Assembly (NCBI GenBank): GCA_964019335.1
Contig: OZ025693.1
Location: 477,486-541,485, forward strand
From: Diplonema japonicum
Taxonomy: Eukaryota; Protista; Euglenozoa: Diplonemea
Direction: 5' to 3'
DNA: 64,000 nucleotides
Positions within the stretch are counted from its first letter, which is position 1. The number at the start of each line of letters is the position of its first letter. The position numbers and the translations under genes are program-made. This document shows, one piece after another, positions 44,101 to 56,100 of this stretch. The notes beneath the pieces were generated by a model. It did no database searches, was not told where the DNA came from, and saw nothing but the letters and a program-made list of their open reading frames with translations.

Positions 44101-47100
44101 GCCTCAGCCTCTGCGTCGCTCGTCGTCGTGCTCGTGCTTGTGCTCGAAGCCTCTTCCCTTTCTTCTCCCGAGGCCTTTGCCCTTGCCTCTGCCTGCTTGT
44201 CCTCCGCAGCTTCTTCCAGCCTTGCCCTCAGCTCCCTCACCTCCTCCTGCAGCTTTGCGACTTCTGCCGCGGTAAGGCCCGGCTGCGGCTGCTGTGATGC
44301 TGATGCTGATGCTGCTGACGCGGTCAGCAACAGCTCCTCGGCCTCGACAAGCTCCAAATCCCGCGGTGTGGGTGTGTGTGTAGGCGTGGGTGTGTCCTCC
44401 CCCTGAAGCGCCGCACAGCGCTCCTCCGCTTCCCGCTGCGTTGCGAGGGCAGCGTGCTCCGCTTCGACCGCTTTTCGGAGGTTCACAGAGGCGTTCTCCA
44501 CGCGCTCCTTTGCACGCTCCAAGCGAGCTCCCGCTTCGTCCTCTGTCTGCGCCTCCTCCTCGTCTTCCTCGGACGAAGCAAGGAGCACCATCGGCTCTGC
44601 CGTCGCCTGTCTTGTTGCGAGGGTCTCGGAGCGCTCCTCCAGCAGGACGGTCGCGGGCCTTCTTTGCTCCTCCAAGACGGTCGCGGTCCTCGGCTCCTCC
44701 TCCTGCTCCTTCTTCTCGCCCGCGGCTGCTAGTGCTGCGAGGGTCTCGAAGCGCTCCTCCAAGACGGTCGCAGACCTTTGCGCCTCGCGTGCCGCGAGTG
44801 CCGCGTAGCCCTCCCGCAGCTTCTCCACCTCTTCCGCCTGCGGGACGACGGCCTCCGAGCTCTCCTGCAGGGTCCTTTCCTCGGGCTTCTTTGCCTTTTC
44901 TTCTGGCTCGTCGCTCGACACCGGCACCGACGGGGCGACTTCTTCTGCTGCCCTCGAGACGAAGGCTTCATGCACCTCCAGGACGACCACGACGGCCTTC
45001 TTCGCCGTTTCTCCGCTCTTTTTCGCGTCCTTCGCAGCTTCAGCCTCAGCCTCAGCCTCAGCCTCAGCCTCTGCGTCGCTCGTCGTCGTGCTCGTGCTTG
45101 TGCTCGAAGCCTCTTCCCTTTCTTCTCCCGAGGCCTTTGCCCTTGCCTCTGCCTGCTTGTCCTCCGCAGCTTCTTCCAGCCTTGCCCTCAGCTCCCTCAC
45201 CTCCTCCTGCAGCTTTGCGACTTCTGCCGCGGTAAGGCCCGGCTGCGGCTGCTGTGATGCTGATGCTGATGCTGCTGACGCGGTCAGCAACAGCTCCTCG
45301 GCCTCGACAAGCTCCAAATCCCGCGGTGTGGGTGTGTGTGTAGGCGTGGGTGTGTCCTCCCCCTGAAGCGCCGCACAGCGCTCCTCCGCTTCCCGCTGCG
45401 TTGCGAGGGCAGCGTGCTCCGCTTCGACCGCTTTTCGGAGGTTCACAGAGGCGTTCTCCACGCGCTCCTTTGCACGCTCCAAGCGAGCTCCCGCTTCGTC
45501 TGCTTCTTTTTGAAATAATGTTTCTGAAGAAGAAGCTAAGTTTGATGCTATATTGGAGCTAATTATATCTGTATCATCGGTAATTAAATTGTTGTTTTCG
45601 AAAAGTGCACGAGCTGACTGTGCGATCTCAACACGTAAAGACGTGCATTCTTGAGAGTAAGTGACAAGATCATCTTCTGTTTGTAATATTTGGTCGACGA
45701 GATCAGGTGATGCAAATGACGAGGCGTGCTGAAGAACAGTTTTGACGCTCTGTGCATGAGCCGAAGTTGCGTCATGGTATTGATTTAAGAGACCTGTGTC
45801 AAGGTCAAAAGGGTTGGCTAGTTTAGTTCTAATTTCGTGACAGTCGCTACGAAGCTGTTCTGATGTTTTGATAAAGTCGCACAGATCTTCAGGAATTTCA
45901 TGAGGAGAAGTGTTAATGATTTGAGTTGCAAAGGACGCAAGTTTATCCAATGCGAAACCCTGCTTTGAGGCCGCAACTTGAAGTTGCTGCTGTGCAAGAA
46001 GTAACCTGTGCTTAATAGATGCTTTAAGATTACTAATATTAGGGACTGCGAAAGTTGAGTCCAATGAAGGTGCTGGCTTGATTTCAAATGCAGCTAGCTG
46101 CTTACGTAACTTACTGCACTCTAATTCACACTTGGCGGCACGCAGTTCAGACTCAACTAGTTTCGCCTTGAGATCATCAAAACCGTCATTCGAGAGTAGA
46201 AACGAGTCGGATCCCGTGTCAGAAATATCCCCGACACGTTCTTCAAGCAAGGTTTGCAGTGTATTGTCCACATCACACGCGCAGCAGGGCGTTGCCAAAG
46301 ATTTTGTTGTGACAAGGAGCTCGACCTTCTTTGAATGACTCGAAAGGACGTCGTCAAGCAGGCCTCTCAGATCAGCCAATTCTGGAGAACGCCTTTCGCC
46401 AAGTTGCTCCTTAAAGTTACTAAGCTCTTCTGAAACATCTTGTAAACTGAGCATATGGGTGCATTTGGTGACAAGCTGCGAAGAGTATGCCGCCAAGCAA
46501 TTGGTGTCCAGAGGATGTACAACAGGCGCTATTAGATCATCGCCTGTCCTGTCTTCGCCCAAGGCCGTAACTTTGTTGCTTTCAACAGTTCCTCCCTTGC
46601 CATCGAGGGCATCAATAGTTAGTTTGTTTCTTTCACCAACCACCTGTCTGTCACCGGCAGGCTCCAAGAAACCTCTCTCATCGGTGCTGGTTTGCTTGTT
46701 GACGACAGCAGTCTGCCTGCCTTCATCAACGTTGCCAACCTTTAGCTCCCCAAGAGTTTGTTTCTCATGTACCACAGGAACAAAAGGCACCGCAAAGGAG
46801 TTGGATACCTCATGCAACTCGACAAGCATGCCATGCTGCAGGTGGGCGTCTATGTGATTCATTTCATGCAGCGGCTCATCTACCCTTCCAAATTCATCAG
46901 CTGGACTTTCTGCAATTGGTTCAGGTATGCTATGTGTCACGAATTCTGATAAAGAGTTAGCAGGTTGCAATGCCTCGGATGTAGTGAATAGCTCTTGTGA
47001 TGCCTCGTGGAATACAAGAGGAGAGCCATAGCATTCAGCTGGTTGCTTGTCAACACTTCTTTCACTCAACTGCGGAGCATTTCCTCGTACACTGCTAGAT

Positions 47101-50100
47101 GGGGTAGCTGGAGTATTGGGGAAGGTTGCAAGGGATGCTTCCGACGTTCGCAACAAATGCCCTGCAGATGCTGCGAGACCTGCTTTAAGATTGCCAGCAG
47201 GTGTAGCACTCTCCAACCAATGCGGTGTCAACTCCACAGGTCTGGCACGCTGCAGGAGGGCATCACACCTCGACAGGAGAGGCTGCAGGTCGACTGTGTC
47301 TTGGTGTTTTGCTTCAGAATTCAGTTTTTCAAGATCTTCAATGAGACTGCTCATATTCGGCTCAAGCGGGTCGACAAGCTGCGCCGTGTGTTGCAGTGGT
47401 AATTGCAGACTGGTGAACAGCTCTTGCGACGTTTCGTGCAGCACAGGCACCGCAGCCATCTGCACGGGCACCACAAGGAGTCGTGATACTTCGTGCAGTT
47501 CGGCACTTTGTTCCTGATGGGACCCATCGACGTGTTGTTTTGCTTCAGGTTGGGTCTTTGCGCTAGATGTGCGTGCATATGTTTCACAAAGCTGCGTCGG
47601 GTGCTTGCTCTCAAACTGCACGACGTCCTGTGCCCATGCCCCCTCGTGACCAAGAAGCTCCAACACACGTGGGTGGCAAGGTGTCTCCAAGAACTCCGAA
47701 AACTCAACGAGTACACACTCGGAGGTCCCCTTGTCCTGGTTTTGATGCTCAGAATACACTTCAGTTTCATGCAACTGCGCGTTCTCCAGCTCGATGGTTG
47801 TCGGTTTCTCAGATGTGCTGCCTGTGTTTCGAGTCTCAACTTGTGTGGCTCGTGACTCCGTGTGCAGTGGTAGCTGCTCCAACAAAGATTGATGCGTTTG
47901 AGCCAACGCAAGGACTTCTTTCCATGAAGGTGGTAGGGAATACAACTTGCTTTCGGTTTCAAAAAGAAGAGGAGCCTGTTCAATATCATGCAACTCCTTG
48001 ACATCAAGACCACCAGCCTCCTTCACGGGTGACACATCCACAAACTCCTCGCGCAGCAGCACCTCCTCCTTCGCGAAGAGCTCGGTTTGTGGAGCACTTC
48101 GACAGCTGGTGTCTTGCGGAATGTCTGATTCGGTGTAACTACAGTGCTCCGTGCCTTCCTGCTCGTACAACGCCACCTTAAACTCAGTCTCTTCTTGTGT
48201 GCTGTGGCTCTTGGTGACGGGCTTTTGTCCTTCAGTCTGCTTCCTCGCCACACCGCCACCCGGAGTCTCATTCTTCACTGGGGTCGCCGACACCACTTCT
48301 CTTACTTGAAGAACGGTGTCCTGTCCAACACTCGGAGTTTGTGTTGCTACTCCTCCCGTAACGTAAAGCTCCCCTCGCAGCTCGTCAGTAGAAGGTGGAA
48401 AAGAGAACAGCTGCTGTTCAGCTTCAAACAGAACAGGAACACATTGTTTGCTGTGTACTGTCAGTGCACTGTATTCATCGAGAGAGGTGCGCAGCTGTGC
48501 AATAATAGCCGATTCCATATCATTACTGTTTTCTAAAAGTTCTTGGTAGCGAGAGAGCAAGTCGCGCAGCTGTGTCACGCTGTCACCCACAGCAGAATCC
48601 TCTTGCTCAGTATGCCAGAGGATCTCGGCAGGCACATCGGGCGTCTTGTTGATATAGATCGTAGACTCTTGCACACGCAGTGTAACGTGACATGAGTAGC
48701 TTACTTCTTTTTCCCGTGGGTCAGGAGAATGGGTCATCTTCCTCAATTCTTGCAACTCCTTCACAAGAGATAGTGCCTCGTCCCATGCCTTTGGGGTTTC
48801 ATCTGTAGCTTCATTAGACGCGAGTGTGTGAGTGGCTGTAGGTCGTCCAAGAAGCCTATCAATACGCTTCTTAAGTGTTTCGACTTCCTGCTCTACAGTA
48901 GCAAGCCGTTCTACATCAGTGCTGCAAGTTTCGGTGTCGCTCAAGTTTTGAATATGGGTCAATTTCTCTTGTAATCGATCAGTCAGTCCTTCGGACTCTT
49001 GCAGTTTCTCTTCCAAAGACAAGAAGTAACCTGACTCTACACCGTTAAGCTCTGCCTCCAGTACATTGGTCCGGCCCTCTGACTCCCTTAACTTCTCCTC
49101 AAGTAGCTCGAAGTAAGAAGTCCCCGCAGCTAGCTCAGCAGTCATGTTCAGCGAGCTGTACTCGCCTTGTAGCTGGCGTGTTACAGCTTCTGATTTTCTG
49201 AGTTCATTGCCTAGCCTCGCAAGCTCTTTGCTGTCGGCATCTTCACTGTTTTCAAGAACCAAGATACTTTGTGCCAAGCAATCTGCCTCTTCAGAGAGTG
49301 AACTGATAGTATCTAAACACTCATCAATTGTGTCATGCATGCAAGTCACGTCGACAGTAGACGGGGAATCGCTATTCGCGTAATATTTCACAGGGCCCCA
49401 AGTCACGCTTTGTTGCTTTTTTTTGAGGAGATCTTTAAGTTCCTTCAGTTGGCTATTGAGCTCATTGTGTTTTGTTTCCGTATCTGCAGTAGCCTTACTC
49501 ATGGTGACTAATATTTCCCTTCTTATCGTTTCAAATCCATCTTCTCTATTCAGTTTTGTGTCCAACAAACCCCTGCGTCTCGTGAGTTCACTCGTTTCAC
49601 GCTCCACTGACCGTAGTGCTTCCAAAGTATCATACATGTTCCTTTCGAACCTTTGCACTGTAGCATTCGATTCCGGGCTAGAGTCGCTTGCCCAGCTCTC
49701 AAGTTCTTCAAGCATCACCCGATACTCTTGGTTCTTAGTATCTAAATTCAACAACTCCTTCTCAAGATGCAGATACTCTATGACTGTGTTAATATTCGTC
49801 ACAGTATCCTTGCCATTGTGTCCATCACTAGAGTTCTCATCACTATTCGGGCTCTCATACTCATCACTACTACTACCACTCTTGTGAACTTCATATAACT
49901 CACACTGCATAGTCCTTCCAACTTTCATCATTTCTTTTTTTTCAATCAAAATTGTTAACTTTTGATCTTCATCATTTATTGACTTCATAACTTGAAGATC
50001 ATTAGCACTTACTTGACTTGTTAAATTAAGGTACTTTTCATCACCATTACTTTCCTTAGTTATACCTCTTTCCATTTGTTCTTCACAATCATACCCAAGT

Positions 50101-53100
50101 GCACAACCAGTTTCTGTATCTTTCATTACCTTATCTTGCCTCGTTACCTGTTTTATATTTAAAGTTTTTTATATTGTTACTTAAACATACACTTACTCCC
50201 GCAAGGTACTGCAGCTCCTGCGAGGACGCGGTTAGTTGTTGTTTTGGATCCCTTCTCCCAACGCGCACGGTCTCCGCCGTCGATAGCAGGACCTCCTCTG
50301 CGGCGCGTCCGCGGAGCGCCTGCAGCTTCTCGCTGAGCTCTGCGTTTTCGCGCAGCAGTGCGTCCAGGTTCGGGGCGGGCGCCACCTTGTCCACCAGCTC
50401 CTCCACGATCTCCCGCACGAAGTTCTCGGGGCCCGTTTTCGGGGGGTCCTGTTCTTGTTCCCGAGGAAGAAGAGGCGCCGCAAAAGGAAGACGGTTAAGG
50501 TTGCTCTCCAAGACCACGCACTTCGCCTCCGCTTCCACGACCGCGGCCTTCAGGTCCTCCCAGGCCATCCCCTCGAGCTCCACCGCGCGCTGCTCCCCGG
50601 GCGTAGGGAGGTACTCAACCTCGACACCGCAGGTTTGCGCTCGCTCCCCCTCGGCTGCGCGCACCTCCTCGTCCACAAGGGACTGCAGCTCCTGCGAGGA
50701 CGCGGTTAGTTGTTGTTTTGGATCCCTTCTCCCAACGCGCACGGTCTCCGCCGTCGATAGCAGGACCTCCTCTGCGGCGCGTCCGCGGAGCGCCTGCAGC
50801 TTCTCGCTGAGCTCTGCGTTTTCGCGCAGCAGTGCGTCCAGGTTCGGGGCGGGCGCCACCTTGTCCACCAGCTCCTCCACGATCTCCCGCACGAAGTTCT
50901 CGGGGCCCGTTTTCGGGGGGTCCTGTTCTTGTTCCCGAGGAAGAAGAGGCGCCGCAAAAGGAAGACGGTTAAGGTTGCTCTCCAAGACCACGCACTTCGC
51001 CTCCGCTTCCACGACCGCGGCCTTCAGGTCCTCCCAGGCCATCCCCTCGAGCTCCACCGCGCGCTGCTCCCCGGGCGTAGGGAGGTACTCAACCTCGACA
51101 CCGCAGGTTTGCGCTCGCTCCCCCTCGGCTGCGCGCACCTCCTCGTCCACAAGGGACTGCAGCTCCTGCGAGGACGCGGTTAGTTGTTGTTTTGGATCCC
51201 TTCTCCCAACGCGCACGGTCTCCGCCGTCGATAGCAGGACCTCCTCTGCGGCGCGTCCGCGGAGCGCCTGCAGCTTCTCGCTGAGCTCTGCGTTTTCGCG
51301 CAGCAGTGCGTCCAGGTTCGGGGCGGGCGCCACCTTGTCCACCAGCTCCTCCACGATCTCCCGCACGAAGTTCTCGGGGCCCGTTTTCGGGGGGTCCTGT
51401 TCTTGTTCCCGAGGAAGAAGAGGCGCCGCAAAAGGAAGACGGTTAAGGTTGCTCTCCAAGACCACGCACTTCGCCTCCGCTTCCACGACCGCGGCCTTCA
51501 GGTCCTCCCAGGCCATCCCCTCGAGCTCCACCGCGCGCTGCTCCCCGGGCGTAGGGAGGTACTCAACCTCGACACCGCAGGTTTGCGCTCGCTCCCCCTC
51601 GGCTGCGCGCACCTCCTCGTCCACAAGGGACTGCAGCTCCTGCGAGGACGCGGTTAGTTGTTGTTTTGGATCCCTTCTCCCAACGCGCACGGTCTCCGCC
51701 GTCGATAGCAGGACCTCCTCTGCGGCGCGTCCGCGGAGCGCCTGCAGCTTCTCGCTGAGCTCTGCGTTTTCGCGCAGCAGTGCGTCCAGGTTCGGGGCGG
51801 GCGCCACCTTGTCCACCAGCTCCTCCACGATCTCCCGCACGAAGTTCTCGGGGCCCGTTTTCGGGGGGTCCTGTTCTTGTTCCCGAGGAAGAAGAGGCGC
51901 CGCAAAAGGAAGACGGTTAAGGTTGCTCTCCAAGACCACGCACTTCGCCTCCGCTTCCACGACCGCGGCCTTCAGGTCCTCCCAGGCCATCCCCTCGAGC
52001 TCCACCGCGCGCTGCTCCCCGGGCGTAGGGAGGTACTCAACCTCGACACCGCAGGTTTGCGCTCGCTCCCCCTCGGCTGCGCGCACCTCCTCGTCCACAA
52101 GGGACTGCAGCTCCTGCGAGGACGCGGTTAGTTGTTGTTTTGGATCCCTTCTCCCAACGCGCACGGTCTCCGCCGTCGATAGCAGGACCTCCTCTGCGGC
52201 GCGTCCGCGGAGCGCCTGCAGCTTCTCGCTGAGCTCTGCGTTTTCGCGCAGCAGTGCGTCCAGGTTCGGGGCGGGCGCCACCTTGTCCACCAGCTCCTCC
52301 ACGATCTCCCGCACGAAGTTCTCGGGGCCCGTTTTCGGGGGGTCCTGTTCTTGTTCCCGAGGAAGAAGAGGCGCCGCAAAAGGAAGACGGTTAAGGTTGC
52401 TCTCCAAGACCACGCACTTCGCCTCCGCTTCCACGACCGCGGCCTTCAGGTCCTCCCAGGCCATCCCCTCGAGCTCCACCGCGCGCTGCTCCCCGGGCGT
52501 AGGGAGGTACTCAACCTCGACACCGCAGGTTTGCGCTCGCTCCCCCTCGGCTGCGCGCACCTCCTCGTCCACAAGGGACTGCAGCTCCTGCGAGGACGCG
52601 GTTAGTTGTTGTTTTGGATCCCTTCTCCCAACGCGCACGGTCTCCGCCGTCGATAGCAGGACCTCCTCTGCGGCGCGTCCGCGGAGCGCCTGCAGCTTCT
52701 CGCTGAGCTCTGCGTTTTCGCGCAGCAGTGCGTCCAGGTTCGGGGCGGGCGCCACCTTGTCCACCAGCTCCTCCACGATCTCCCGCACGAAGTTCTCGGG
52801 GCCCGTTTTCGGGGGGTCCTGTTCTTGTTCCCGAGGAAGAAGAGGCGCCGCAAAAGGAAGACGGTTAAGGTTGCTCTCCAAGACCACGCACTTCGCCTCC
52901 GCTTCCACGACCGCGGCCTTCAGGTCCTCCCAGGCCATCCCCTCGAGCTCCACCGCGCGCTGCTCCCCGGGCGTAGGGAGGTACTCAACCTCGACACCGC
53001 AGGTTTGCGCTCGCTCCCCCTCGGCTGCGCGCACCTCCTCGTCCACAAGGGACTGCAGCTCCTGCGAGGACGCGGTTAGTTGTTGTTTTGGATCCCTTCT

Positions 53101-56100
53101 CCCAACGCGCACGGTCTCCGCCGTCGATAGCAGGACCTCCTCTGCGGCGCGTCCGCGGAGCGCCTGCAGCTTCTCGCTGAGCTCTGCGTTTTCGCGCAGC
53201 AGTGCGTCCAGGTTCGGGGCGGGCGCCACCTTGTCCACCAGCTCCTCCACGATCTCCCGCACGAAGTTCTCGGGGCCCGTTTTCGGGGGGTCCTGTTCTT
53301 GTTCCCGAGGAAGAAGAGGCGCCGCAAAAGGAAGACGGTTAAGGTTGCTCTCCAAGACCACGCACTTCGCCTCCGCTTCCACGACCGCGGCCTTCAGGTC
53401 CTCCCAGGCCATCCCCTCGAGCTCCACCGCGCGCTGCTCCCCGGGCGTAGGGAGGTACTCAACCTCGACACCGCAGGTTTGCGCTCGCTCCCCCTCGGCT
53501 GCGCGCACCTCCTCGTCCACAAGGGACTGCAGCTCCTGCGAGGACGCGGTTAGTTGTTGTTTTGGATCCCTTCTCCCAACGCGCACGGTCTCCGCCGTCG
53601 ATAGCAGGACCTCCTCTGCGGCGCGTCCGCGGAGCGCCTGCAGCTTCTCGCTGAGCTCTGCGTTTTCGCGCAGCAGTGCGTCCAGGTTCGGGGCGGGCGC
53701 CACCTTGTCCACCAGCTCCTCCACGATCTCCCGCACGAAGTTCTCGGGGCCCGTTTTCGGGGGGTCCTGTTCTTGTTCCCGAGGAAGAAGAGGCGCCGCA
53801 AAAGGAAGACGGTTAAGGTTGCTCTCCAAGACCACGCACTTCGCCTCCGCTTCCACGACCGCGGCCTTCAGGTCCTCCCAGGCCATCCCCTCGAGCTCCA
53901 CCGCGCGCTGCTCCCCGGGCGTAGGGAGGTACTCAACCTCGACACCGCAGGTTTGCGCTCGCTCCCCCTCGGCTGCGCGCACCTCCTCGTCCACAAGGGA
54001 CTGCAGCTCCTGCGAGGACGCGGTTAGTTGTTGTTTTGGATCCCTTCTCCCAACGCGCACGGTCTCCGCCGTCGATAGCAGGACCTCCTCTGCGGCGCGT
54101 CCGCGGAGCGCCTGCAGCTTCTCGCTGAGCTCTGCGTTTTCGCGCAGCAGTGCGTCCAGGTTCGGGGCGGGCGCCACCTTGTCCACCAGCTCCTCCACGA
54201 TCTCCCGCACGAAGTTCTCGGGGCCCGTTTTCGGGGGGTCCTGTTCTTGTTCCCGAGGAAGAAGAGGCGCCGCAAAAGGAAGACGGTTAAGGTTGCTCTC
54301 CAAGACCACGCACTTCGCCTCCGCTTCCACGACCGCGGCCTTCAGGTCCTCCCAGGCCATCCCCTCGAGCTCCACCGCGCGCTGCTCCCCGGGCGTAGGG
54401 AGGTACTCAACCTCGACACCGCAGGTTTGCGCTCGCTCCCCCTCGGCTGCGCGCACCTCCTCGTCCACAAGGGACTGCAGCTCCTGCGAGGACGCGGTTA
54501 GTTGTTGTTTTGGATCCCTTCTCCCAACGCGCACGGTCTCCGCCGTCGATAGCAGGACCTCCTCTGCGGCGCGTCCGCGGAGCGCCTGCAGCTTCTCGCT
54601 GAGCTCTGCGTTTTCGCGCAGCAGTGCGTCCAGGTTCGGGGCGGGCGCCACCTTGTCCACCAGCTCCTCCACGATCTCCCGCACGAAGTTCTCGGGGCCC
54701 GTTTTCGGGGGGTCCTGTTCTTGTTCCCGAGGAAGAAGAGGCGCCGCAAAAGGAAGACGGTTAAGGTTGCTCTCCAAGACCACGCACTTCGCCTCCGCTT
54801 CCACGACCGCGGCCTTCAGGTCCTCCCAGGCCATCCCCTCGAGCTCCACCGCGCGCTGCTCCCCGGGCGTAGGGAGGTACTCAACCTCGACACCGCAGGT
54901 TTGCGCTCGCTCCCCCTCGGCTGCGCGCACCTCCTCGTCCACAAGGGACTGCAGCTCCTGCGAGGACGCGGTTAGTTGTTGTTTTGGATCCCTTCTCCCA
55001 ACGCGCACGGTCTCCGCCGTCGATAGCAGGACCTCCTCTGCGGCGCGTCCGCGGAGCGCCTGCAGCTTCTCGCTGAGCTCTGCGTTTTCGCGCAGCAGTG
55101 CGTCCAGGTTCGGGGCGGGCGCCACCTTGTCCACCAGCTCCTCCACGATCTCCCGCACGAAGTTCTCGGGGCCCGTTTTCGGGGGGTCCTGTTCTTGTTC
55201 CCGAGGAAGAAGAGGCGCCGCAAAAGGAAGACGGTTAAGGTTGCTCTCCAAGACCACGCACTTCGCCTCCGCTTCCACGACCGCGGCCTTCAGGTCCTCC
55301 CAGGCCATCCCCTCGAGCTCCACCGCGCGCTGCTCCCCGGGCGTAGGGAGGTACTCAACCTCGACACCGCAGGTTTGCGCTCGCTCCCCCTCGGCTGCGC
55401 GCACCTCCTCGTCCACAAGGGACTGCAGCTCCTGCGAGGACGCGGTTAGTTGTTGTTTTGGATCCCTTCTCCCAACGCGCACGGTCTCCGCCGTCGATAG
55501 CAGGACCTCCTCTGCGGCGCGTCCGCGGAGCGCCTGCAGCTTCTCGCTGAGCTCTGCGTTTTCGCGCAGCAGTGCGTCCAGGTTCGGGGCGGGCGCCACC
55601 TTGTCCACCAGCTCCTCCACGATCTCCCGCACGAAGTTCTCGGGGCCCGTTTTCGGGGGGTCCTGTTCTTGTTCCCGAGGAAGAAGAGGCGCCGCAAAAG
55701 GAAGACGGTTAAGGTTGCTCTCCAAGACCACGCACTTCGCCTCCGCTTCCACGACCGCGGCCTTCAGGTCCTCCCAGGCCATCCCCTCGAGCTCCACCGC
55801 GCGCTGCTCCCCGGGCGTAGGGAGGTACTCAACCTCGACACCGCAGGTTTGCGCTCGCTCCCCCTCGGCTGCGCGCACCTCCTCGTCCACAAGGGACTGC
55901 AGCTCCTGCGAGGACGCGGTTAGTTGTTGTTTTGGATCCCTTCTCCCAACGCGCACGGTCTCCGCCGTCGATAGCAGGACCTCCTCTGCGGCGCGTCCGC
56001 GGAGCGCCTGCAGCTTCTCGCTGAGCTCTGCGTTTTCGCGCAGCAGTGCGTCCAGGTTCGGGGCGGGCGCCACCTTGTCCACCAGCTCCTCCACGATCTC

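Noticed and set aside
27224-45562. Dozens of repeated 80-283-aa ORFs in alternative frames and strands of array B
   Set aside because: Shadow frames of the GC-rich coding repeat; the giant frame explains the sequence.
50126-50133. Programmed frameshift, stop read-through or translational coupling between the two giant ORFs
   Set aside because: A canonical GT-AG intron of exactly the required phase is simpler; the ORFs are in different frames, so read-through alone would not join them.
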